Under the pieces are notes generated by a model, which saw nothing but the letters and a program-made list of their open reading frames with translations, was not told where the DNA came from and ran no database searches. Position numbers and translations under genes: made by a program. Of a stretch of DNA of 32,000 nt, positions 7,640 to 15,601 are shown in pieces. Numbering within the stretch: the first letter of the stretch is position 1; every line of letters begins with the position of its first letter. The stretch is from an uncultured Planctomycetia bacterium (GTDB lineage: Bacteria > Omnitrophota > Gorgyraeia > Duberdicusellales > 4484-171): the NCBI GenBank assembly GCA_964536865.1, contig CAZHYN010000003.1, positions 30,001 through 62,000 on the forward strand, written 5' to 3'.

Positions 7640-7809
7640 AGATAAATATGAATACCTACTGCTAAAATATGTGCTACAGGACTTCTTGATTCTTTACATA
7701 ACTTTTCTGCTTCCTCTAATTTGCTTTCCAGCAATAATTTCTTTACCTGAGCAGTTAGATTACCTACATTGGTCTTTATCCTGTAAAAGTGCCACAGTTT
7801 TCCTAAAAC
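7640..7809 (-). pseudogene. exbB: Remnant of an ExbB/TolQ-family N-terminal region, fused out of frame to the tonB remnant
   Basis: Frame reads LGKLWHFYRIKTNVGNLTAQVKKLLLESKLEEAEKLCKESRSPVAHILAVGIHI. This matches the post-TM1 cytoplasmic segment typical of ExbB/TolQ (lERlw.lrr......l..g.leeA..lC..s.sP.a.il.aGl). TM1 and everything after it are missing, and the repeat element abuts the 5' end. Confidence 0.5.
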
Positions 7810-7817
7810 AATAACAA

Positions 7818-7943
7818 ACCCCGAACCACAGGTTTATACCCGTGGCTTTGGGATGCCTCCTTCAGGTCTTTGATATACATTCATCCCCGACTTTACCCCG
7901 CCCTTTCAAGGAAAGGGCGGGGTGGCTTTCTGCGGTTCGGGGT
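7818..7943 (-). repeat. Copy 2 of the ~127-nt GC-rich structured palindromic element
   Basis: Same architecture as 2141..2267, with compensatory substitutions in the stems and a 1-nt indel that breaks the reading frame used in copy 1. Confidence 0.8.
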
Positions 7944-8182
7944 AAAAGCTATTACTGAACATAACAAAATCGGCTAAATTAAAAGGCCACCTTTTAAGAA
8001 GAATTTGAGCATAAAAACCTTTTTTCTCCGGTTATCTATTTAACAACGGCTGGAGGGTTATTTTTTATAAATGATTGCCTCTTTACCTAAAACTTCATTG
8101 ATGCCTCACCAAAAAAGTATTAAGGTATTATCTCCATTTTCTTTGATACTCTTCTTAAAAAATGAGGCAAATTAAACTTCTT

Positions 8183-9199
8183 CTAAAATGTCCACATCCC
8201 TCCACATTTAATCACAAAATCCTCCTTCCAACCTTTCTTAGCCTTATAGTCCCAATCAATTCCTACAAATACTTTTTTATGATGTCCAGCCTCTCCTCTT
8301 AATGGAGAATATACAAATTTTAAAGCCAAAGCATGCCTATAACGTTCAATATGTGATTTATATTGAGGGTTACCCGGAGCTGTTACTCTTATCTTTTCTT
8401 CAAATTCATTAGGTTTAATTTGTATCCATCCTATAGGACCACCTACTAAGGTAAATTTTTTATCAGGAAAAGGGGAATATTCTACAAAGAACTTATAGCC
8501 AATTATATCTCCAACTTCCTCATCAGATTTACCCCAACCACTCACATCTCTTCTTTCTCCTATCAAATCATAAAAAATATGGTTACAAAGTTCAACTTTA
8601 TCAGTAAGCTCTTCGGTAGATAATAAAGCTATTCTTAACACATTAGCTCCTCTGCTCTCATTTCCTAACTCATTTTTTAATCCTTCTTTTTCAGTAACAT
8701 CAAATTTATAACCTAACCCAATTGCTGCATCTATATTTTTGAAAATTCCTATAGTCTGTTTATCTATAAATTTATATTTTCCTGAAATCCAAATTTCGGT
8801 TAAACCATTATCTTTTTTAGTGCACCATTTACCTGAACCCGGCCTTTTACCTCCTTTGCAATTTAGCTGGTGAGTCTCATACTTTCTATCTATCCATTCA
8901 TAAGTAAAGAGAAGCCCTACATCAAACTTATCAGTTAAACCATATCCTAAACGAAGGTCTATCTTATCTCTTTTAGAATTCCAGCCCGAAGGCAAATCTT
9001 CTATTTTTCCTGTAGCAGGAGACCAGTACTTTTTATGTTCAATATGCCTGTAAAGCACTTTTGGCCAGAATTCTCCTTTCTTTAATCCATGGGGGCAACC
9101 GGTTACTCTTTCTGCAATTGCGTTCTCTGAAAACAAAAAGGAAATTACAATTGTTACCACCCCAAACAAAAATACCGAGTTTCTAAACAGATATCTCAT
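8183..9199 (-). CDS. Putative outer-membrane beta-barrel protein / porin, unknown family
   Basis: N-terminal signal peptide (MRYLFRNSVFLFGVVTIVISFLFSENAIA|E), alternating amphipathic segments rich in G/Y/D/K, and a C-terminal aromatic residue (...GGMWTF) typical of beta-barrel OMPs. Confidence 0.65.
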   Translation of the reverse strand: MRYLFRNSVFLFGVVTIVISFLFSENAIAERVTGCPHGLKKGEFWPKVLYRHIEHKKYWSPATGKIEDLPSGWNSKRDKIDLRLGYGLTDKFDVGLLFTYEWIDRKYETHQLNCKGGKRPGSGKWCTKKDNGLTEIWISGKYKFIDKQTIGIFKNIDAAIGLGYKFDVTEKEGLKNELGNESRGANVLRIALLSTEELTDKVELCNHIFYDLIGERRDVSGWGKSDEEVGDIIGYKFFVEYSPFPDKKFTLVGGPIGWIQIKPNEFEEKIRVTAPGNPQYKSHIERYRHALALKFVYSPLRGEAGHHKKVFVGIDWDYKAKKGWKEDFVIKCGGMWTF

Positions 9200-9312
9200 C
9201 CTGAACCTCCTTTCAATAAAAATTCTAATTTAGGGAACAAAGTGAATGTATTTACCTTCATCTACACTCCATAAATTGGGAGGTCCCCGACCATAGATAA
9301 CTCTACAATTAT

Positions 9313-9498
9313 TCATTTCTCTATCTGCCTTGCTTTTTTCCGTAACCTCTTCAGGCTCAAAATAACCTTTTTAAGGGAATTTGAACAGTCATACTCTTGA
9401 GGAAAACAAAGCCTGCTTTTATCTTTTAAACCCTCTACTATTAAATTTAATTTCCTGACTTCTCCTTCCAACAATCGGGCAAAGGTAACTCTACTCAT
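9313..9498 (-). CDS. Hypothetical small protein (61 aa), translationally coupled to the upstream 66-aa ORF
   Basis: 8-nt overlap (ATGAGTAG) with the preceding ORF. Basic C-terminus (KRLRKKARQIEK) and two Cys. No motif I recognise. Confidence 0.45.
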   Translation of the reverse strand: MSRVTFARLLEGEVRKLNLIVEGLKDKSRLCFPQEYDCSNSLKKVILSLKRLRKKARQIEK

Positions 9499-9691
9499 CT
9501 TTATAAAAATCTTCTTTAATTAAATCTTTTAAATTTATATCCATAAGTTTTGAACTTGCCTCTTTAATCATCAAACTAAATTCTTCAAAAGCTTCTTCTG
9601 TAAAGTGTAAAGTTATGCCTTTAACACGAACGTGAATTATTCCATGGGGACACTTAAAAATACTTCCCATCCTGTTTTTAGCAAGTTCCAT
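9491..9691 (-). CDS. Hypothetical small protein (66 aa) with a CPHGxxH motif
   Basis: Strong RBS (AAAGGAGGAGAATATATG). Contains a possible metal-ligand cluster, KCPHGIIHV. No family recognised. Confidence 0.55.
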   Translation of the reverse strand: MELAKNRMGSIFKCPHGIIHVRVKGITLHFTEEAFEEFSLMIKEASSKLMDINLKDLIKEDFYKDE

Positions 9692-9786
9692 ATATTCTCC
9701 TCCTTTTAAGGTATCTCAAAGGTTAAAGTGGCTGTGTAACTTAATTTATTACATTTATCTTTTAAATTATCTAAATTATCTTTTTG

Positions 9787-9800
9787 TTAGGCTCACCTAA
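9787..9800 (-). promoter_or_regulatory. DtxR/IdeR-type operator (third copy) in the feoB-orf66 intergenic region
   Basis: The minus strand reads TTAGGTGAGCCTAA, one mismatch from the box in the dtxR promoter. Extended to 19 nt it matches TTAGGTTAGCCTAACCTAA at 16/19. GATAAT (twice) follows 6 and 15 nt downstream as candidate -10 elements. Confidence 0.6.
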
Positions 9801-9817
9801 CATTTTCTTTAAAAAAA

Positions 9818-11827
9818 TTATCCTGTAAAAATCCTACCTATCTGATAGAGAAAAACACTTAAAACCCATCCTAAAATTAAACTGTAGGAAACTGCTAAAG
9901 CAGTCCATTTCCAGTTGGTTTCTTTTTTTATAGTAGCAATTGAAGCAATACAGGGAATATAAATTAAAGTCATTATTAAGAAAGCGTAGGCTGATAAAGG
10001 GGTAAACTGTTGCAATAAGACTTCTTTTAAACCTTCCTCAGATGCTCCATATAAAGCCCCCAGAGTCCCCACAACAACTTCTTTTGCTAAAATTCCAAAC
10101 AAAAGGGCAACAGATGCCTGCCAGAAACCGAATCCTGCAGGTTTAAATAAAGGAGCTAAAATTTTCCCTAACTTGCCAATTAAAGAGTTTTCTCCTGCAT
10201 ATTCAACCCCAAAAGGAAGACTTGATAAAAGCCAGATAAATACAACCGCCAAAAATATAACTGTTCCTGCCTTTTTCACAAATAAAGAAGATCTCGTCCA
10301 CATAGATAAAAAGACACCTCTTGGTGTTGGCACTCTGTAAGGTGGAAGTTCCATAACCAAAGGGGCAACTTCTTCTCTAAAAAATATATGTTTAAAAATT
10401 TTGGCTACAAAAATTGCTAAAACTATCCCTAAAAGATATAAAGAGAATACAACTAATCCCTGATTCTTAGGGAAAAAAGCTGAGGCAAAAAGGATATAGA
10501 CAGGAAGACGTGCTGAGCAACTCATCAAAGGGTTAACCAGAATCGTTAAAATCCTATCCTTTCTTGATTCAAGAGTCCTTGTTGCCATAATTCCAGGAAT
10601 ATTGCATCCAAATCCTAAAAGCATAGGAATAAATGATTTTCCATGCAATCCCAAAGCATGCATAAATCTATCCATAACAAAAGCAGCTCTTGCTAAATAT
10701 CCAGAATCTTCTAAAATTGATATCCCCAAAAATAGAAGCATAATATTGGGTAAAAAAACTAAAACTGAACCCACTCCACTAATTATCCCATCAGATACTA
10801 AAGAACAGAGCCATAAAGGAAGATTTTGATTTTCAAAAAATAGTTTTGCGTTTTGGGCTAATTTGCCAAAAAATCCATCAATTAAATCAGCAAGAGGTGT
10901 TCCCAGACTAAATACCAACTGAAACAATAAATACATAAAAAATAAAAATAAAGGGATTCCCAAGATACGATTGGTTAAAACTTTATCTAATTTATCAGAA
11001 AAAGTAAGGCGAGTCTCTAAAGAGATTTCTTTTTTAACACATTCTTTAACCATGCCTTTCAAGAAAGCATATCTTTTCTCAATTATAAATGTCTCTAAAT
11101 CCTCTCCACTGATATGAGTAATTTCTGTCTCTGCTTTATCTTTTATCTTTTCTATCTGGGGAATAACCTCTTTTACTTCATTTAACAGGTCAAAATCTCC
11201 CTCTAAAATCCTTAAACTCAAGCCTCTCTCAGGGACATCAAAAATCTTTTTATCTTTAAAAAGCTGACTAATTTCTTCTATTATTTTTTCTAAATCGTGA
11301 TAATCTATTTTAAAGATTCTCTTTTCTTTTTTTCTTAAATTCTCTATAATCTTTTCTCTTAACTCTTTAATACCTTCTCCTTTTGAGGCAACAGTTTCTA
11401 CAATATCTATTCCCAAAATTTTGGAAAGTTTTTGAGTATCAATCTTAATATTAGCTTTTTTTACTCTATCCATCATATTTAAATCTAAAAGAACAGGCTG
11501 TCCTATCTCTAAAAGCTGAATTACAAGATAAAGGTTTCTTTCTAAATTTAAGGCATCAATTACACAGACAACTAAATCTGGTTTTTCTTTAATTAAGAAA
11601 TCACGGGCTATTCTTTCATCAACAGAATATACACTTAAACTATAAGTTCCTGGCAAATCCACAACCTCTATTTTCTCATCCTGATAAGTAAAATACCCTT
11701 GTTTTTTCTCAACTGTAGTTCCTGGCCAGTTCCCTATTTTTTCTCTTGCTCCACAAAGATAATTAAATACTGTAGTTTTCCCTGAGTTAGGATTTCCTGC
11801 TAAAGCAATCTTATACATACTCAACAA
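9818..11827 (-). CDS. feoB: Ferrous iron transporter FeoB
   Basis: N-terminal G domain ([20 protein letters not shown]) followed by a polytopic membrane domain. 669 aa. Confidence 0.97.
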   Translation of the reverse strand: MLSMYKIALAGNPNSGKTTVFNYLCGAREKIGNWPGTTVEKKQGYFTYQDEKIEVVDLPGTYSLSVYSVDERIARDFLIKEKPDLVVCVIDALNLERNLYLVIQLLEIGQPVLLDLNMMDRVKKANIKIDTQKLSKILGIDIVETVASKGEGIKELREKIIENLRKKEKRIFKIDYHDLEKIIEEISQLFKDKKIFDVPERGLSLRILEGDFDLLNEVKEVIPQIEKIKDKAETEITHISGEDLETFIIEKRYAFLKGMVKECVKKEISLETRLTFSDKLDKVLTNRILGIPLFLFFMYLLFQLVFSLGTPLADLIDGFFGKLAQNAKLFFENQNLPLWLCSLVSDGIISGVGSVLVFLPNIMLLFLGISILEDSGYLARAAFVMDRFMHALGLHGKSFIPMLLGFGCNIPGIMATRTLESRKDRILTILVNPLMSCSARLPVYILFASAFFPKNQGLVVFSLYLLGIVLAIFVAKIFKHIFFREEVAPLVMELPPYRVPTPRGVFLSMWTRSSLFVKKAGTVIFLAVVFIWLLSSLPFGVEYAGENSLIGKLGKILAPLFKPAGFGFWQASVALLFGILAKEVVVGTLGALYGASEEGLKEVLLQQFTPLSAYAFLIMTLIYIPCIASIATIKKETNWKWTALAVSYSLILGWVLSVFLYQIGRIFTG

Positions 11828-12032
11828 AGATTTTAAAAGAGGCTCCTCTTCCCAAAGCTATCCTTGAATTACCTAGAGAAATCAAAATAGGCCCTCTTGT
11901 ATTATTTAACACCTTTATAATTTCTCCTTCATTTATTCCCATATTCATAAGTTTTAATACAAGGCCTCTTCCTCCAGCTATTCTTATAATTCTTACCAAT
12001 TTATTCTCTTCTACCATGGATAAAGGTATCAT
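11811..12032 (-). CDS. feoA: FeoA-family protein (second copy)
   Basis: 73-aa SH3-like FeoA pattern (L..v......V.I..I.GG......L..MGI..G). It overlaps the feoB start. Confidence 0.85.
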   Translation of the reverse strand: MIPLSMVEENKLVRIIRIAGGRGLVLKLMNMGINEGEIIKVLNNTRGPILISLGNSRIALGRGASFKIFVEYV

Positions 12033-12256
12033 AAAATTTCAACAATTACTTTTTCTGCTTCTTCCTTTCTTAAACTTATATGAGTATTTTTTACCAAGAC
12101 ATCAAAAGGTGAGCCTAAAGGAGCAATTTTTTTTATCTCTACTGTTTCACCTTTTATAAATCCTAAACTTAAAAGTTTGCTTTTTAAAATGCCGGTATCA
12201 GTTATCTTCAATATTTTTGCTTTAGTGCCAACTTTTAAATCACTTAATTTAACCAT
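12029..12256 (-). CDS. feoA: FeoA-family protein (first copy)
   Basis: 75 aa with LSDLKVGTKAKILKI...LLSLGFIKGETVEI. Overlapping start/stop with both neighbours. Confidence 0.85.
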   Translation of the reverse strand: MVKLSDLKVGTKAKILKITDTGILKSKLLSLGFIKGETVEIKKIAPLGSPFDVLVKNTHISLRKEEAEKVIVEIL

Positions 12257-12752
12257 ATTTAGAGATTTTGGTCTTTAAAGCTCTGATTTTACATCCAGGA
12301 GGTCTTTTTCTATGCTCAACAAAATAATAAAAGCTATCTAACCAATCGGGTTTGCCGTGCGGACAGGTCTCAATAAAATTTATAAACTTAACGATTCTCT
12401 CAAGTGTCTCTCTACTTAAATAATGCTCAATTCTACAGGCATCTTCTTCTGAAGTTTTCTCGTTTATCCCTAAAATTTGATGGAAGAATTTCTTTAATGT
12501 AATATGTCTTTCGTAAAGTTTTTTAGCTAAATTAACACCTTCTTGGGTTAACTCAATATAGCCGTAATGTTGATGAATAACTAATCTTTTTTCTTTTAAT
12601 TTCTCTAAAGCCTCGACAGCAGAAGAAGCTTTTACTTTTAGGTGTTTCGCTAAATCTTTAACCCTTGCCACACCTTTTTCTCCTCTAAGGATAAAAATCC
12701 CCTCTATATAGTCTTCTAAAGAAGGGGAAATACCTAAAACTTGAGCCTTCAT
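12249..12752 (-). CDS. DtxR/IdeR/MntR-family metal-dependent transcriptional repressor
   Basis: N-terminal winged helix (ARVKDLAKHLKVKASSAVEALEKLKEKRLV), dimerisation/metal-site region (EEDACRIEH) and CPHG motif. It is the first gene of the feo operon. Confidence 0.9.
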   Translation of the reverse strand: MKAQVLGISPSLEDYIEGIFILRGEKGVARVKDLAKHLKVKASSAVEALEKLKEKRLVIHQHYGYIELTQEGVNLAKKLYERHITLKKFFHQILGINEKTSEEDACRIEHYLSRETLERIVKFINFIETCPHGKPDWLDSFYYFVEHRKRPPGCKIRALKTKISKYG

Positions 12753-12767
12753 CCTTCACCTCCTATA

Positions 12768-12809
12768 TTAGGATGTCCTAATTATATTAGGCTAACCTAA
12801 CTTTGTCAA
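12768..12809 (-). promoter_or_regulatory. Consensus sigma70-type promoter of the dtxR-feoAAB operon with two DtxR-type operators
   Basis: The minus strand reads cTTGACAaagTTAGGTTAGCCTAATATAATTAGGACATCCTAAtataGGAGGtgaaggATG. The -35 TTGACA is at 12804-12809, the spacer is exactly 17 nt and the -10 TATAAT is at 12781-12786. Box TTAGGTTAGCCTAA (12787-12800) fills the spacer and matches the 19-bp DtxR consensus at 17/19. The second palindrome, TTAGGACATCCTAA (12768-12781), covers the start-site region. Confidence 0.8.
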
Positions 12810-12817
12810 GAAAAAAT

Positions 12818-14023
12818 TTGAATACTTTCCCATTCTTTGTGCAACTTTTTTAAGATAAGAGAAGCTCTTTGAAAAGGTGGAGGTCTTAAGGGCAAAATGC
12901 CTGAATCCCTCATGCCCTATAAGGTCTTTTATCATACTTCCCGAAGGCATAGAGAAATTTGCCCGGGCCACAGAGAGACTAAAGAAGGAAGCGTTGTGTG
13001 GAATCATAAATGATAATTCCACTACCCCCAGGATTTCCCGGCGCTTTGAAAGGGTGTTTAACACCACCGGCTCCAAGTCTTCCATTGACCGTTGGAAGCA
13101 TGAGGCGGCGGATAAGCTGAGTGCCAAGGAGATCATCGCAAGATTGAACTTCTCCGGTATCCTCTGTATTGATGAATATAAACCCAAGCGGTATAAGGGC
13201 TATGACTTAATAGACTCTGATGCTAAAACCTCAAGAATACTCTATCTTGAAAAGGCCTATGGTTTAGGCAGGGGCGTTGTCAAAGAGCATTTTCAGACAA
13301 TAAAATCGCTGGGTATTGAACCTTGGGCAATAATCTTTGATATGCGGGCCTGCTTCCCTAAAGCAGCCAAAACTGTCTTCGGCAAAGATATTATCATCCA
13401 GCATGACTACTTCCATGTAATGAAGATAATCCACTACCACCTAAATAGGGCGATGGCTGAATATAGAAGAATCTTAAAAGAGCAAGGCATAGATACTTTA
13501 GATATCTGGCTTGCCCGCTGGGTTATCCTAAAGAATATGGAACGCTGGAGTTTTAAAGAGTGCAGAATCATCGAAAATCTTCTTGCCAAATATCAGGGAA
13601 CAACCATTGAAGATATCCTTATCTTAAAACAAAAGATTAGAGATATATTCATTGCGTCTAAAAGCCAACAGGAAGCCTATTTAAAACGGGATGCTCTTAC
13701 CAAAGAAAACTGGTATTTTAAGAATAAACACTTTGCCAATATCATTAAATTCTTAAATACACCATACTTCAGATACATAACCACATTCTTAGATCATCCA
13801 GAGATACCCAAGAGTGGCAATTCAGAGAATGTAATCCGTACCTGAAGGCAGATGGAGAAAGTAAGATATGGATTTAAGACAGAGAGAGGAAGGCAGAACC
13901 ACTTGAAACTGTATCAGATTTACCGCTATCTGGGAGGTAAGTTAGACTAGGGACAATTTTTCTTATCTAACTCGTTAATCATCAAGTAGTTATCGTGAAA
14001 AATTGCACAAAATTTAGAAGCTT
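12818..14023 (+). mobile_element. ISL3-family-like insertion sequence, copy A (internally deleted, inactive)
   Basis: The left inverted repeat GAATACTTTCCCATTCTTTGTGCAAC resembles copy B's IRL. The right end AAAAATTGCACAAAATTTAGAAGCTT resembles copy B's IRR. About 165 bp covering the zinc-finger N-terminus of the transposase is missing relative to copy B. Confidence 0.65.
12877..13950 (+). pseudogene. ISL3-like DDE transposase, copy A: N-terminally truncated, with an in-frame TGA
   Basis: DDE_Tnp_ISL3-like motifs are present (ILCIDEYKPKR, IIFDMRACFPKAAKTVF..IIQHDYFHVMK, SGNSENVIR). TGA at 13843-13845 sits where copy B has TGG (Trp). The frame then continues RQMEKVRYGFKTERGRQNHLKLYQIYRYLGGKLD* to 13950. 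Confidence 0.75.
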
Positions 14024-15438
14024 TCCCAAATCTATCGCAAATATTTTATATAAGGCCCTTGCTTCTGTCATAAGTTAAGATAGCCTTCTTTTAAAAAGGA
14101 GGCTATTTATGGGGAAAGAAGCAAGAGTAAAAGTTATTAAGAGTCGTGTTCCTAAATGGGTTATCTGCCCATTTTGTGGAGTAAAACAACCTTTTAAGAA
14201 AGAAAGAGGAAATTGGCGTATGGTAAAAGATATTAACCTTGATAAATCTCTCCTTCTTAAGGTCCAAACTATTTATGCTAAATGCTTAAATCCTCATTGT
14301 CAAAGAAATAGCTTTGCTTTACCAAATGGTTTTGAAAAATATCAAAGAGCAACAGATAGATTTAAACAAGAAGCTTTGAGTGGTTTAATCTGTGATAACT
14401 CTACCTTACCCAGAGTAGCTAAAAGATTTAATCGCATATTTAATACTACTGGCTCTAAATCTACCCTTGATAGATGGAAGCGCAAAGAGGCAGATAAATA
14501 TGATTTTAAACAGATTATCTCTAAATTAGGTTTCGGTGGCATTCTCTGTATTGATGAGTATAAGCCTAAACGCTCTAAAACCTATGACTTAATAGCTTCT
14601 GATAGATTAACTGAGAGGATACTCTATTTGGAGAATCTGCCTAAAATATATTCTCCTAAAGCAAAAGGTGGTATTGTTGCTAAAGGCTTAGTGGAAGATT
14701 TTGCTTATAAATTAAAGGATTTTGGCTTAAATCCTTTTGGGTGTATAGTGGATTTAGCCAGTGTCTACCCTAAACAGCTCAAAAAAGTTGAGCCTGGTGT
14801 AATTATCCAGTTTGATTACTTCCATATAGTTAAGATAGTATACTGGTATCTTAAGAATGCTATTAAGAGCTTCAGGGTATCCTTAAGAGAAACTGATGAA
14901 GTAGCTTATTCTGATATTTGGAAGCATAAATGGCGAATATTAAAAAACTTTGATAAACTATCCCTTAAAGAACATCTAATCTTAGAATACCTTATGAAGC
15001 GTTATAAGGCAACTTTAATAGAAAAAGTATTAATTTTCAAAGAGCAGGTAAGGGATATATTTAATTTATCTCAAACCCCTTAAAGAGGCTTATCAGAGAA
15101 GAGAGGAACTTATAAAAGAGCATTACTGGAGAGATTCTTATCATTTATCTAAGATCGTTAAGTTTTTATCTACTTACAAATTTGAGTATATGATTAGCTA
15201 CCTTAAATATCCTAATATACCCCGTTCAGGTAATTCTGAAAGCTATATAAGAGTATGGCGATAGATGGAGAAAGTAAGATATGGGCTTACCCCTAAAGGT
15301 AGACAAAATCATCTTAAATTATACCAGATTTACCATTATTTGGGTGGAAAAGTTTAACAGACAAAAATTTTAAGCATAACTTACTGGTTATCAAAGAGTA
15401 AAAGATATTTTTTGCGATAAAATTGGGAAAGCTTCGAA
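14015..15438 (+). mobile_element. ISL3-family-like insertion sequence, copy B (full length but inactive)
   Basis: Terminal inverted repeats: GAAGCTTTCCCAAATCTATCGCAAATATTTT (from 14017), and the reverse complement of the right end, GAAGCTTTCCCAATTTTATCGCAAAAAATAT (ending ~15435-15438). Confidence 0.7.
14109..15357 (+). pseudogene. ISL3-like DDE transposase, copy B: frameshift near 15075-15085 plus an in-frame TAG
   Basis: N-terminal zf-ISL3-like CPFCG...CLNPHC, then DDE motifs (ILCIDEYKPKR, IVDLASVYP..IIQFDYFHIVK). The frame breaks at the C4 run (LSQTP*) and resumes as KPLKEAYQRREELIKEHYW...SGNSESYIRVWR. TAG at 15262-15264 is followed by MEKVRYGLTPKGRQNHLKLYQIYHYLGGKV*. Confidence 0.75.
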
Positions 15439-15582
15439 GGTCCACTATAGCTTTCTACATAACCTTTTATTCACCGCACCCTTTAACTCTACCTACTGTC
15501 ATTTTAAAAACTTTAGTCTTAAACAACTCTTCTTTGACTGCTTCTAATCTATCTGGCTGAATAATAGCTTCTATTTTTTCAT
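15439..15582 (-). pseudogene. glnK: PII nitrogen regulator (GlnK/GlnB) 5' remnant, truncated by the IS and frameshifted
   Basis: ATGAAAAAATAG stops after 3 codons, but one extra A gives MKKIEAIIQPDRLEAVKEELFKTKVFKMTVGRVKGCGE*, a PII N-terminus. A further frame holds IKGYVESYSG up to the IS end at 15438. The RBS GGAGG is present. Confidence 0.7.
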
Positions 15583-15601
15583 CTTTATTCACCTCCTTCG
15601 A

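Noticed and set aside
7501-8059. 11-bp inverted match CCGTTGTTAAA (7501-7511) / TTTAACAACGG (8049-8059) flanking the remnant region and element copy 2
   Set aside because: Many 11-bp matches are expected by chance in 32 kb of AT-rich sequence, and the match does not extend. The 7501-7511 arm is inside the TonB_C remnant coding frame.
13843-13845. TGA aligned to Trp in transposase copy A as evidence for a TGA=Trp genetic code
   Set aside because: Copy B uses TGG at that position. pilT (stop at 27008-27010) and rpoA (stop at 31025-27) end at TGA at their expected lengths, in ATGA overlaps with the next gene. All long ORFs are intact under the standard code.
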